Origin: Eledone cirrhosa
Taxonomy: Eukaryota
Direction: 5' to 3'
Assembly: GCA_964016885.1 (NCBI GenBank)
Contig: OZ024745.1
Span: forward strand, 2,542,001 to 2,606,000
Length of the DNA: 64,000 nt
Shown: positions 30,480-44,640 of the stretch, piece after piece
Layout of the letters: each line of letters starts with the position of its first letter
How positions within the stretch are numbered: the stretch's first letter is position 1
Made by a program: the position numbers and the translations under genes
The notes under the pieces: model-generated
Database searches by the model: none
Told to the model about the DNA's origin: nothing
The model's input: the letters and a program-made list of their open reading frames with translations, nothing else

Positions 30480-33400
30480 CTACCTCTACATATTGGGAGA
30501 GGGCTCTACCTCTACATATTAGGAGAGGGTTCTACCTCTACATATTATGAGAGGGCTCTACATATTAGGAGAGGGCTCTACCTCTACATATTAGGAGAGG
30601 GCTCTACCTCTATATATTAGGAGAAGGCTCTACCTCTACATATTATGAGAGGGTTATACATCTACATATTAGGAGAGGGCTCTACCTCTACATATTAGGA
30701 GAGGGCTCTACATATTAGGAGAGGTCTCTACCACTACATATTAAGAGAGGTCTCTACCACTACTTATTAGGAGAGCGCTCTACATATTAGGAGAGGGTTC
30801 TACCTCTAAATATTAGGAGAGGGCTCTACTCTACATATTAGGAGAGGGCTCTACCTCTACATATTAGGCGAGGGCTCTACATATTAGGAGAGTGTTCTAC
30901 CTCTACATATTAGGAGAGGGCTCTACATATTAGGAGAGGGCTCTACCTCTACATATTAGGAGAGGGCTCTACCTCTACATATTTAGGAGAGGTCTCGATC
31001 TCTACATATTAGGAGAGGGCTCTTCCTATACATATTAGGAGAGGGCTCTACCTCTACATATTAGGAGAGGGCTCTACCTCTATATATTAGGAGAAGGCTC
31101 TACCTCTACATATTATGAGAGGGTTATACATCTACATATTAGGAGAGGGCTGTACCTCTACATATTAGGAGAGGGCTCTAGCTCTACATATTATGAGGGG
31201 TCTCGACCTCTACATATTAGGAGAAGGCTCTACCTCTACATATTAGGAGAGGGCTCTAGATATTAGGAGAGGTCTCTACCACTACATATTAGGAGAGGGT
31301 TCTACCTCTACCTATTAGGAGAGGTCTCTACCTCTACATATAAGGAGAAGGCTCTACTTCTACATATTAGGAGATGGCTCTACATATTAGGAGAGGGTTC
31401 TACCTCTACATATTAGGAGAAGGCTCTACCTCTACATGTTAGGAGAGGCTTCTACCTCTACATATTAGGCGAGGGCTCTACATATTGGGAGAGGGCTCTA
31501 CATATCAGGAGAGGGCGCTACCTCTACATAGTAGGAGAGGGCTCTACCTCTACATATTAGGAGAGGGCTCTACCTCTAGATATTAGGTGAGGGCTCTACC
31601 TCTACATATTAGGAGAGGGCTTTACATCTACATATTAGGAGAGGGCTCTACCTCTACATATTAGGAGAGGTCTCTACCACTACATATTAAGAGAGGTCTC
31701 TACCACTACTTATTAGGAGAGCGCTCTACATATTAGGAGAGGGCTCTACCTCTACATATTAGGAGAGGGCTCTACTCTACATATTAGGAGAGGGCTCTAC
31801 CTCTACATATTAGGCGAGGGCTCTACATATTAGGAGAGTGTTCTACCTCTACATATTAGGAGAGGGCTCTACATATTAGGAGAGGGCTCTACCTCTACAT
31901 ATTAGGAGAGGGCTCTACCTCTACATATTAGGAGAGGTCTCGATCTCTACATATTAGGAGAGGGCTCTTCCTATACATATTAGGAGAGGGCTCAACATAT
32001 TAGGAGAGGGCTCTACCTCTACATATTAGCAGAAGGCTCTACCTCTACATATTAGGAGAAGGCTCTACATATTAGGAGAAGGCTCTACAAATGCATATTA
32101 GGAGAGGGCTCTACCTCTACATATTAGGAGAGGGCTCTACATATTAAGCGAGGGCTCTACATATTAGGAGAGGTCTCTACCTCTACATATTAGGAGAGGT
32201 CTCTACCTCTACATATTAAGAGAGGTCTCTACCTCTACATATTAGGACAGGTCTCTACCTCTACATATTAGGAGAGGTCTCTACCTCTACATATTAGGAG
32301 AGGTTTCTACCTCTACATATTAGGAGAAGTCTCTACCTCTGCATATTATGAGAGGGTTCTACCTCTACATATTAGGAGAGGGCTCTACCTCTACATATTA
32401 GGAGAGGGCTCTACCTCTACATATTAGGAGAGGGCTCTACATATTAGGAGAGGGCTTTACCTCTACATATTAGGAGAGGGCTCTACCTCTATATATTAGG
32501 AGAAGGCTCTACCTCTACATATTATGAGAGGTTATACATCTACATATTAGGAGAGGGCTCTACATATTAGGAGAGGGTTCTACTTCTGCATATTAGCAGA
32601 GGGCTCTACATATTAGGAGATGGCTCTACCTCTACATATTAGGAGAGGGCTCTACCTCTACATATTAGGAGAGGGCTCTACCTCAACATATTAGGAGAGG
32701 TCTCTACCTCTACATATTAGGAGAAGACTCTACATCTACATATTAGTAGGGGGCTCTACATATTAGGCGAGGGCTCTACATATTAGGAGAGGGCTCTACA
32801 TATTAGGAGAGGTCTCTACCTCTACATATTAGGAGAGGGCTCTACATATTAGGAGAGGTCTCTACCACTACATATTAGGAGAGGGCTCTACCTCTACATA
32901 TTTGGAGAGGGCTCCACATATTAGGAGAGGTCTCTACCTCTACATATTAGGAGAAGGCTCTACCTCTACATATAAGGAGAAGGCTCTACATATTAGGAGA
33001 GGGTTCTACCTCTACATATTAGGAGAGGGTCCTACCTCTACATATTAGGAGAGGGCTCTACCTCTACATATTAGGAGAGGGCTCTACCTCTACTTATTAG
33101 GAGAGGGGTCTACCTCTACATATTAGGAGAGGGCTCTACATATTACGAGAGGGCTCTACCTCTATATATTAGGAGAGGGTCTACCTCTACATATTATGAG
33201 AGGGCTCTACATATTAGGAGAGGTCTCTACATATTAGGAGAGGGCTCTACCTCTACATATTAGGAGAGGTTTCTACCTCTACATATTAGGAGAGGGTTCT
33301 ACCTCTACATATTAGGAGAGGTCTCTACCTCTACGTATTAGGAGAGGGTTCTAACTCTACATATTAGGAGAGGGCTCTACCTCTACATATTAGGAGAGGG

Positions 33401-36400
33401 TTCTACCTCTACATATTAGGAGAGGGCTCTACCTCTACGTATTAGGAGAGGGTTCTACCTCTACATATTAGGAGAGGTCTCTACCTCTACGTATTAGGAG
33501 AGGGTTCTAACTCTACATATTAGGAGAGGGTTCTACCTCTACATATTAGGAGAGGTCTCTACCTCTACGTATTAGGAGAGGGTTCTAACTCTACATATTA
33601 GGAGAGGTCTCTACCTCTACATATTAGGAGAGGGTTCTACCTCTACATATTAGGAGAGGGCTCTACCTCTACATATTAGGAGAGGGTTCTACCTCTACAT
33701 ATTAGGAGAGGTCTCTACCTCTACGTATTAGGAGAGGGTTCTAACTCTACATATTAGGAGAGGTCTCTACCTCTACATATTAGGAGAGGGTTCTACCTCT
33801 ACATATTAGGAGAGGGCTCTACCTCTACGTATTAGGAGAGGGTTCTAACTCTACATATTAGGAGAGGTCTCTACCTCTACATATTAGGAGAGGGTTCTAC
33901 CTCTACATATTAGGAGAGGGCTCTACCTCTACATATTAGGAGAGGGTTCTACCTCTACATATTAGGAGAGGTCTCTACCTCTACGTATTAGGAGAGGGTT
34001 CTAACTCTACATATTAGGAGAGGTCTCTACCTCTACATATTAGGAGAGGGTTCTACCTCTACATATTAGGAGAGGGCTCTACCTCTACGTATTAGGAGAG
34101 GGTTCTACCTCTACATATTAGGTGAGGTTTCTACCTCTACATATTAGGAGAGGGTTCTACCTCTACGTATTAGGAGCGGTCTCTACCTCTACATAATAGG
34201 AAAGGTTTCTACCTCTATATATTAGGAGTGGGCTCTACCTCTACATATTATGAGAGGGCTCTACATATTAGGAGAGGGCTCTACCTCTACATATTAGGAG
34301 AGGGCTCTACCTCTATAAGGAGAAGGCTCTACCTCTACATATTATGAGAGGGCTCTACATATTAGGAGAGGGTTCTACCTCTACATATTAGGAAAGGGCT
34401 CTACCTATTAGGAGAGGGCTCTAAATATTAGGAGAGGTCTCTACCTTTACATATTATGAGAGGGTTCTACATCTACATATTAGGAGAGGGCTCTACCTCT
34501 ACATATTAGGAGAGGGCTCTACATATTAGGAGAGGTCTCTACCTCTACATATTAGGAGAAGACTCTACCTCTACATATTAGGAGAAGGCTCTACATATTA
34601 GGAGAAGGCTCTGCCTCTACATATTAGGAGAGGGTTCAACCTGTACATATTAGGAGTGGGCTCTACATATTAAGCGAGGGCTCTACATATTAGGAGAGCA
34701 CTCTACATATTAGGAGAAGTCTCTACCTCTACATATTAGGAGAGGGCTCTACATATTAGAATAGGTCTCTACCACTACATATTAGGAGAGGGCTCTACCT
34801 CTACATATTAGGAGAGGGCTCCACATATTAGGAGAGGTCTGTACCTCTACATATTAGGAGAGGGCTCTACCTCTACATATTAGTAGAGGGCTCTACCTCT
34901 ACAAGTTAGGATGGGTCTCTACCTCTACATATTAGGAGAAGGCTCTACATATTAGGAGAGGGTTCTACCTCTCTATATAACGAGAGGGTTCTACCTCTAC
35001 ATATTAGGAGAGGGGTCTACCTCTCCATATTATGAGAGAGTTCTACATCTACATATTAGGAGAGGGATCTACATATTAGGAGAGGTCCCTACCTCTACAT
35101 ATTAGGACAGGGCTCTACCTCTACATATTAGAAGAGGGCTCTACATATTAGGAGAGGTCTCTACCTCTATATATTAGGAGAGGGCTCTACCTCTACATAT
35201 TATGAGAGGGCTCTACATATTAGGAGAGGGCTCTACCTCTACATATTAGGAGAGGGCTCTACATAGTTTGAGAGGGCTCTACCTCTATATATTAGGAGAA
35301 GGCTCTACCTCTACATATTATGAGAGGGTTCTACATCTACATATTAGGAGAGGGCTCTACATACTAGGAGAGGGCTCTACCACTACATATTAGGAGAGGT
35401 CTCTACCTCTACATATTAGGAGAGGGTTCTACCTCTATATATTAGGAGAGGGCTCTACCTCTATATATTAGGAGAAGGCGCTACCTCTACATATTATGAG
35501 AGGGTTATACATCTACATATTAGGAGAGGGCTCTACATATTAGGAGAGGGTTCTACGTCTACATATTAGGAGAGTGTTCTACATATTAGGAGAGGGCTCT
35601 ACCTCTACATATTAGGAGAGGGCTCTACCTCTACATATTAGGAGAGGGCTCTACCTCTACATATTAGGAGAGGGCTCTACCTCTACATATTAGGAGAGGG
35701 CTCTACCTCTACATATTAGGAGAGGTCTCTATCTCTACATATTATGAGAGGGTTCTACATCTACATATTAGAGAGGGCTCTACATATTAGGAGAGGTCTC
35801 TACCTCTATATATTAGGAGAAGGCTCTATCTCTACATATTGTGAGAGGGTTATACATCTACATATTAGAAGAGGGCTCTACATACTAGGAGAGAGTTCTA
35901 CCTCTACATATTAGGAAAGGGCTCTACATATTAGGAGAGGGCTCTACCTCTACATATTAGGAGAAGACTCTACCTCTACATATTAGGAGAAGGCTCTACA
36001 TATTAGGAGAAGGCTCTACCTCTACATATTAGGAGAGGGTTCTACCTGTACATATTAGGAGGGGGCTCTACATATTAAGCGAGGGCTCTACATATTAGGA
36101 GAGCACTCTACATATTAGGAGAAGTCTCTACCTCTATATATTAGGAGAGGGCTCTACATATTAGAATAGGTCTCTACCACTACATATTAGGAGAGGGCTC
36201 TACCTCTACATATTAGGAGAGGGCTCCACATATTAGGAGAGGTCTGTACCTCTACATATTAGGAGAGGGCTCTACCTCTACATATTAGTAGAGGGCTCTA
36301 CCTCTACAAATTAGGATGGGTCTCTCACTCTACATATTAGGAGAAGGCTCTACATATTAGGAGAGGGTTCTACCTCTCTATATAACGAGAGGGTTCTACC

Positions 36401-39400
36401 TCTACATATTAGGAGAGGGGTCTACCTCTACATATTAGGAGAGGGCTCTACATATTACGAGAGGGCTCTACCTCTATATATTAGGAGAGGGCTGTACCTC
36501 TACATATTAGGAGAGGGCTCTACCTCTATATATTAGGAGAAGGCTCTACCTCTCCATATTATGAGAGAGTTCTACATCTACATATTAGGAGAGGGCTCTA
36601 CATATTAGGAGAGGTCTCTACCTCTACATATTAGGACAGGGCTCTACCTCTACATCTTAGAAGAGGGCTCTACATATTAGGAGAGGTCACTACCTCTATA
36701 TATTAGGAGAGGGCCCTACCTCTACATATTATGAGAGGGCTCTACATATTAGGAGAGGGCTCTACCTCTACATATTAGGAGAGGGCTCTGCATAGTTTGA
36801 GAGGGCTCTACCTCTATATATTAGGAGAAGGCTCTACCTCTACATATTATGAGAGGGTTCTACATCTACATATTAGGAGAGGGCTCTACATATTAGGAGA
36901 GGGCTCTACCACTACATATTAGGAGAGGTCTCTACCTCTACATATTAGGAGAGGGTTCTACCTCTATATATTAGGAGAGGGCTCTACCTCTATATATTAG
37001 GAGAAGGCGCTACCTCTACATATTATGAGAGGGTTATACATCTACATATTAGGAGAGGGTTCTACGTCTACATATTAGGAGAGTGTTCTACATATTAGGA
37101 GAGGGCTCTACCTCTACATATTAGGAGAGGGCTCTACCTCTACATATTAGGAGAGGGCTCTACCTCTACATATTAGGAGAGGTCTCTATCTCTACATATT
37201 ATGAGAGGGTTCTACATCTACATATTAGAGAGGGCTCTACATATTAGGAGAGGGCTCTGCCTCTATATATTAGGAGAAGGCTCTATCTCTACATATTGTG
37301 AGAGGGTTATACATCTACATATTAGGAGAGGGCTCTACATACTAGGAGAGAGTTCTACCTCTACATATTAGGAAAGGGCTCTACATATTAGGAGAGGGCT
37401 CTACCTCTACATATTAGGAGAGGGCTCTACATATTAGGAGACGGCTCTACCTCTACATATTAGGAGAGGGCTCTACCTCTACATATTAGGAGAGGGCTCT
37501 ACCTCTACATATTATGAGAGGGTTATACATCTACATATTAGGAGAGGGCTCTACCTCTACATATTGGGAGAGGGCTCTACCTCTACATATTAGGAGAGGG
37601 TTCTACCTCTACATATTATGAGAGGGCTCTACATATTAGGAGAGGGCTCTACCTCTACATATTAGGAGAGGGCTCTACCTCTATATATTAGGAGAAGGCT
37701 CTACCTCTACATATTATGAGAGGGTTATACATCTACATATTAGGAGAGGGCTCTACCTCTACATATTAGGAGAGGGCTCTACATATTAGGAGAGGTCTCT
37801 ACCACTACATATTAAGAGAGGTCTCTACCACTACTTATTAGGAGAGCGCTGTACATATTAGGAGAGGGCTCTACCTCTAAATATTAGGAGAGGGCTCTAC
37901 TCTACATATTAGGAGAGGGCTCTACCTCTACATATTAGGCGAGGGCTCTACATATTAGGAGAGTGTTCTACCTCTACATATTAGGAGAGGGCTCTACATA
38001 TTAGGAGAGGGCTCTACCTCTACATATTAGGAGAGGGCTCTACCTCTACATATTTAGGAGAGGTCTCGATCTCTACATATTAGGAGAGGGCTCTTCCTAT
38101 ACATATTAGGAGAGGGCTCTACCTCTACATATTAGGAGAGGGCTCTACCTCTATATATTAGGAGAAGGCTCTACCTCTACATATTATGAGAGGGTTATAC
38201 ATCTACATATTAGGAGAGGGCTGTACCTCTACATATTAGGAGAGGGCTCTAGCTCTACATATTATGAGGGGTCTCGACCTCTACATATTAGGAGAAGGCT
38301 CTACCTCTACATATTAGGAGAGGGCTCTAGATATTAGGAGAGGTCTCTACCACTACATATTAGGAGAGGGTTCTACCTCTACCTATTAGGAGAGGTCTCT
38401 ACCTCTACATATAAGGAGAAGGCTCTACTTCTACATATTAGGAGATGGCTCTACATATTAGGAGAGGGTTCTACCTCTACATATTAGGAGAAGGCTCTAC
38501 CTCTACATGTTAGGAGAGGCTTCTACCTCTACATATTAGGCGAGGGCTCTACATATTGGGAGAGGGCTCTACATATCAGGAGAGGGCGCTACCTCTACAT
38601 AGTAGGAGAGGGCTCTACCTCTACATATTAGGAGAGGGCTCTACCTCTAGATATTAGGTGAGGGCTCTACCTCTACATATTAGGAGAGGGCTTTACATCT
38701 ACATATTAGGAGAGGGCTCTACCTCTACATATTAGGAGAGGTCTCTACCACTACATATTAAGAGAGGTCTCTACCACTACTTATTAGGAGAGCGCTCTAC
38801 ATATTAGGAGAGGGCTCTACCTCTACATATTAGGAGAGGGCTCTACTCTACATATTAGGAGAGGGCTCTACCTCTACATATTAGGCGAGGGCTCTACATA
38901 TTAGGAGAGTGTTCTACCTCTACATATTAGGAGAGGGCTCTACATATTAGGAGAGGGCTCTACCTCTACATATTAGGAGAGGGCTCTACCTCTACATATT
39001 AGGAGAGGTCTCGATCTCTACATATTAGGAGAGGGCTCTTCCTATACATATTAGGAGAGGGCTCAACATATTAGGAGAGGGCTCTACCTCTACATATTAG
39101 CAGAAGGCTCTACCTCTACATATTAGGAGAAGGCTCTACATATTAGGAGAAGGCTCTACAAATGCATATTAGGAGAGGGCTCTACCTCTACATATTAGGA
39201 GAGGGCTCTACATATTAAGCGAGGGCTCTACATATTAGGAGAGGTCTCTACCTCTACATATTAGGAGAGGTCTCTACCTCTACATATTAAGAGAGGGTTC
39301 TACCTCTACATATTAGGACAGGTCTCTACCTCTACATATTAGGAGAGGTCTCTACCTCTACATATTAGGAGAGGTTTCTACCTCTACATATTAGGAGAAG

Positions 39401-42400
39401 TCTCTACCTCTGCATATTATGAGAGGGTTCTACCTCTACATATTAGGAGAGGGCTCTACCTCTACATATTAGGAGAGGGCTCTACCTCTACATATTAGGA
39501 GAGGGCTCTACATATTAGGAGAGGGCTTTACCTCTACATATTAGGAGAGGGCTCTACCTCTATATATTAGGAGAAGGCTCTACCTCTACATATTATGAGA
39601 GGTTATACATCTACATATTAGGAGAGGGCTCTACATATTAGGAGAGGGTTCTACTTCTGCATATTAGCAGAGGGCTCTACATATTAGGAGATGGCTCTAC
39701 CTCTACATATTAGGAGAGGGCTCTACCTCTACATATTAGGAGAGGGCTCTACCTCAACATATTAGGAGAGGTCTCTACCTCTACATATTAGGAGAAGACT
39801 CTACATCTACATATTAGTAGGGGGCTCTACATATTAGGCGAGGGCTCTACATATTAGGAGAGGGCTCTACATATTAGGAGAGGTCTCTACCTCTACATAT
39901 TAGGAGAGGGCTCTACATATTAGGAGAGGTCTCTACCACTACATATTAGGAGAGGGCTCTACCTCTACATATTTGGAGAGGGCTCCACATATTAGGAGAG
40001 GTCTCTACCTCTACATATTAGGAGAAGGCTCTACCTCTACATATAAGGAGAAGGCTCTACATATTAGGAGAGGGTTCTACCTCTACATATTAGGAGAGGG
40101 TCCTACCTCTACATATTAGGAGAGGGCTCTACCTCTACATATTAGGAGAGGGCTCTACCTCTACTTATTAGGAGAGGGGTCTACCTCTACATATTAGGAG
40201 AGGGCTCTACATATTACGAGAGGGCTCTACCTCTATATATTAGGAGAGGGTCTACCTCTACATATTATGAGAGGGCTCTACATATTAGGAGAGGTCTCTA
40301 CATATTAGGAGAGGGCTCTACCTCTACATATTAGGAGAGGTTTCTACCTCTACATATTAGGAGAGGGTTCTACCTCTACATATTAGGAGAGGTCTCTACC
40401 TCTACGTATTAGGAGAGGGTTCTAACTCTACATATTAGGAGAGGGCTCTACCTCTACATATTAGGAGAGGGTTCTACCTCTACATATTAGGAGAGGGCTC
40501 TACCTCTACGTATTAGGAGAGGGTTCTACCTCTACATATTAGGAGAGGTCTCTACCTCTACGTATTAGGAGAGGGTTCTAACTCTACATATTAGGAGAGG
40601 GTTCTACCTCTACATATTAGGAGAGGTCTCTACCTCTACGTATTAGGAGAGGGTTCTAACTCTACATATTAGGAGAGGTCTCTACCTCTACATATTAGGA
40701 GAGGGTTCTACCTCTACATATTAGGAGAGGGCTCTACCTCTACATATTAGGAGAGGGTTCTACCTCTACATATTAGGAGAGGTCTCTACCTCTACGTATT
40801 AGGAGAGGGTTCTAACTCTACATATTAGGAGAGGTCTCTACCTCTACATATTAGGAGAGGCTTCTACCTCTACATATTAGGAGAGGGCTCTACCTCTACG
40901 TATTAGGAGAGGGTTCTAACTCTACATATTAGGAGAGGTCTCTACCTCTACATATTAGGAGAGGGTTCTACCTCTACATATTAGGAGAGGGCTCTACCTC
41001 TACATATTAGGAGAGGGTTCTACCTCTACATATTAGGAGAGGTCTCTACCTCTACGTATTAGGAGAGGGTTCTAACTCTACATATTAGGAGAGGTCTCTA
41101 CCTCTACATATTAGGAGAGGGTTCTACCTCTACATATTAGGAGAGGGCTCTACCTCTACGTATTAGGAGAGGGTTCTACCTCTACATATTAGGTGAGGTT
41201 TCTACCTCTACATATTAGGAGAGGGTTCTACCTCTACGTATTAGGAGCGGTCTCTACCTCTACATATTAGGAAAGGTTTCTACCTCTATATATTAGGAGT
41301 GGGCTCTACCTCTACATATTATGAGAGGGCTCTACATATTAGGAGAGGGTTCTACCTCTACATATTAGGAGAGGGCTCTACCTCTATAAGGAGAAGGCTC
41401 TACCTCTACATATTATGAGAGGGCTCTACATATTAGGAGAGGGTTCTACCTCTACATATTAGGAAAGGGCTCTACCTATTAGGAGAGGGCTCTAAATATT
41501 AGGAGAGGTCTCTACCTTTACATATTATGAGAGGGTTCTACATCTACATATTAGGAGAGGGCTCTACCTCTACATATTAGGAGAGGGCTCTACATATTAG
41601 GAGAGGTCTCTACCTCTACATATTAGGAGAAGACTCTACCTCTACATATTAGGAGAAGGCTCTACATATTAGGAGAAGGCTCTGCCTCTACATATTAGGA
41701 GAGGGTTCTACCTGTACATATTAGGAGGGGGCTCTACATATTAAGCGAGGGCTCTACATATTAGGAGAGCACTCTACATATTAGGAGAAGTCTCTACCTC
41801 TACATATTAGGAGAGGGCTCTACATATTAGAATAGGTCTCTACCACTACATATTAGGAGAGGGCTCTACCTCTACATATTAGGAGAGGGCTCCACATATT
41901 AGGAGAGGTCTGTACCTCTACATATTAGGAGAGGGCTCTACCTCTACATATTAGTAGAGGGCTCTACCTCTACAAGTTAGGATGGGTCTCTACCTCTACA
42001 TATTAGGAGAAGGCTCTACATATTAGGAGAGGGTTCTACCTCTCTATATAACGAGAGGGTTCTACCTCTACATATTAGGAGAGGGGTCTACCTCTCCATA
42101 TTATGAGAGAGTTCTACATCTACATATTAGGAGAGGGATCTACATATTAGGAGAGGTCCCTACCTCTACATATTAGGACAGGGCTCTACCTCTACATATT
42201 AGAAGAGGGCTCTACATATTAGGAGAGGTCTCTACCTCTATATATTAGGAGAGGGCTCTACCTCTACATATTATGAGAGGGCTCTACATATTAGGAGAGG
42301 GCTCTACCTCTACATATTAGGAGAGGGCTCTACATAGTTTGAGAGGGCTCTACCTCTATATATTAGGAGAAGGCTCTACCTCTACATATTATGAGAGGGT

Positions 42401-44640
42401 TCTACATCTACATATTAGGAGAGGGCTCTACATACTAGGAGAGGGCTCTACCACTACATATTAGGAGAGGTCTCTACCTCTACATATTAGGAGAGGGTTC
42501 TACCTCTATATATTAGGAGAGGGCTCTACCTCTATATATTAGGAGAAGGCGCTACCTCTACATATTATGAGAGGGTTATACATCTACATATTAGGAGAGG
42601 GCTCTACATATTAGGAGAGGGTTCTACGTCTACATATTAGGAGAGTGTTCTACATATTAGGAGAGGGCTCTACCTCTACATATTAGGAGAGGGCTCTACC
42701 TCTACATATTAGGAGAGGGCTCTACCTCTACATATTAGGAGAGGGCTCTACCTCTACATATTAGGAGAGGGCTCTACCTCTACATATTAGGAGAGGTCTC
42801 TATCTCTACATATTATGAGAGGGTTCTACATCTACATATTAGAGAGGGCTCTACATATTAGGAGAGGTCTCTACCTCTATATATTAGGAGAAGGCTCTAT
42901 CTCTACATATTGTGAGAGGGTTATACATCTACATATTAGAAGAGGGCTCTACATACTAGGAGAGAGTTCTACCTCTACATATTAGGAAAGGGCTCTACAT
43001 ATTAGGAGAGGGCTCTACCTCTACATATTAGGAGAGGGCTCTACATATTAGGAGACGGCTCTACCTCTACATATTAGGAGAGGGCTCTACCTCTACATAT
43101 TAGGAGAAGACTCTACCTCTACATATTAGGAGAAGGCTCTACATATTAGGAGAAGGCTCTACCTCTACATATTAGGAGAGGGTTCTACCTGTACATATTA
43201 GGAGGGGGCTCTACATATTAAGCGAGGGCTCTACATATTAGGAGAGCACTCTACATATTAGGAGAAGTCTCTACCTCTATATATTAGGAGAGGGCTCTAC
43301 ATATTAGAATAGGTCTCTACCACTACATATTAGGAGAGGGCTCTACCTCTACATATTAGGAGAGGGCTCCACATATTAGGAGAGGTCTGTACCTCTACAT
43401 ATTAGGAGAGGGCTCTACCTCTACATATTAGTAGAGGGCTCTACCTCTACAAATTAGGATGGGTCTCTACCTCTACATATTAGGAGAAGGCTCTACATAT
43501 TAGGAGAGGGTTCTACCTCTCTATATAACGAGAGGGTTCTACCTCTACATATTAGGAGAGGGGTCTACCTCTACATATTAGGAGAGGGCTCTACATATTA
43601 CGAGAGGGCTCTACCTCTATATATTAGGAGAGGGCTGTACCTCTACATATTAGGAGAGGGCTCTACCTCTATATATTAGGAGAAGGCTCTACCTCTCCAT
43701 ATTATGAGAGAGTTCTACATCTACATATTAGGAGAGGGCTCTACATATTAGGAGAGGTCTCTACCTCTACATATTAGGACAGGGCTCTACCTCTACATCT
43801 TAGAAGAGGGCTCTACATATTAGGAGAGGTCACTACCTCTATATATTAGGAGAGGGCCCTACCTCTACATATTATGAGAGGGCTCTACATATTAGGAGAG
43901 GGCTCTACCTCTACATATTAGGAGAGGGCTCTGCATAGTTTGAGAGGGCTCTACCTCTATATATTAGGAGAAGGCTCTACCTCTACATATTATGAGAGGG
44001 TTCTACATCTACATATTAGGAGAGGGCTCTACATATTAGGAGAGGGCTCTACCACTACATATTAGGAGAGGTCTCTACCTCTACATATTAGGAGAGGGTT
44101 CTACCTCTATATATTAGGAGAGGGCTCTACCTCTATATATTAGGAGAAGGCGCTACCTCTACATATTATGAGAGGGTTATACATCTACATATTAGGAGAG
44201 GGTTCTACGTCTACATATTAGGAGAGTGTTCTACATATTAGGAGAGGGCTCTACCTCTAAATATTAGGAGAGGGCTCTACCTCTACATATTAGGAGAGGG
44301 CTCTACCTCTACATATTAGGAGAGGTCTCTATCTCTACATATTATGAGAGGGTTCTACATCTACATATTAGAGAGGGCTCTACATATTAGGAGAGGGCTC
44401 TGCCTCTATATATTAGGAGAAGGCTCTATCTCTACATATTGTGAGAGGGTTATACATCTACATATTAGGAGAGGGCTCTACATACTAGGAGAGAGTTCTA
44501 CCTCTACATATTAGGAAAGGGCTCTACATATTAGGAGAGGGCTCTACCTCTACATATTAGGAGAGGGCTCTACATATTAGGAGACGGCTCTACCTCTACA
44601 TATTAGGAGAGGGCTCTACCTCTACATATTAGGAGAGGGC
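30480..44640. repeat. Higher-order tandem duplication in the satellite, period 7071 bp
   Basis: tattgggaga at 30491/37562, atttaggaga at 30981/38052, atgcatatt at 32091/39162 and acaagttagg at 34901/41972 all give offset 7071. The second copy has a small insertion near 43020-43090. Confidence 0.9.
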
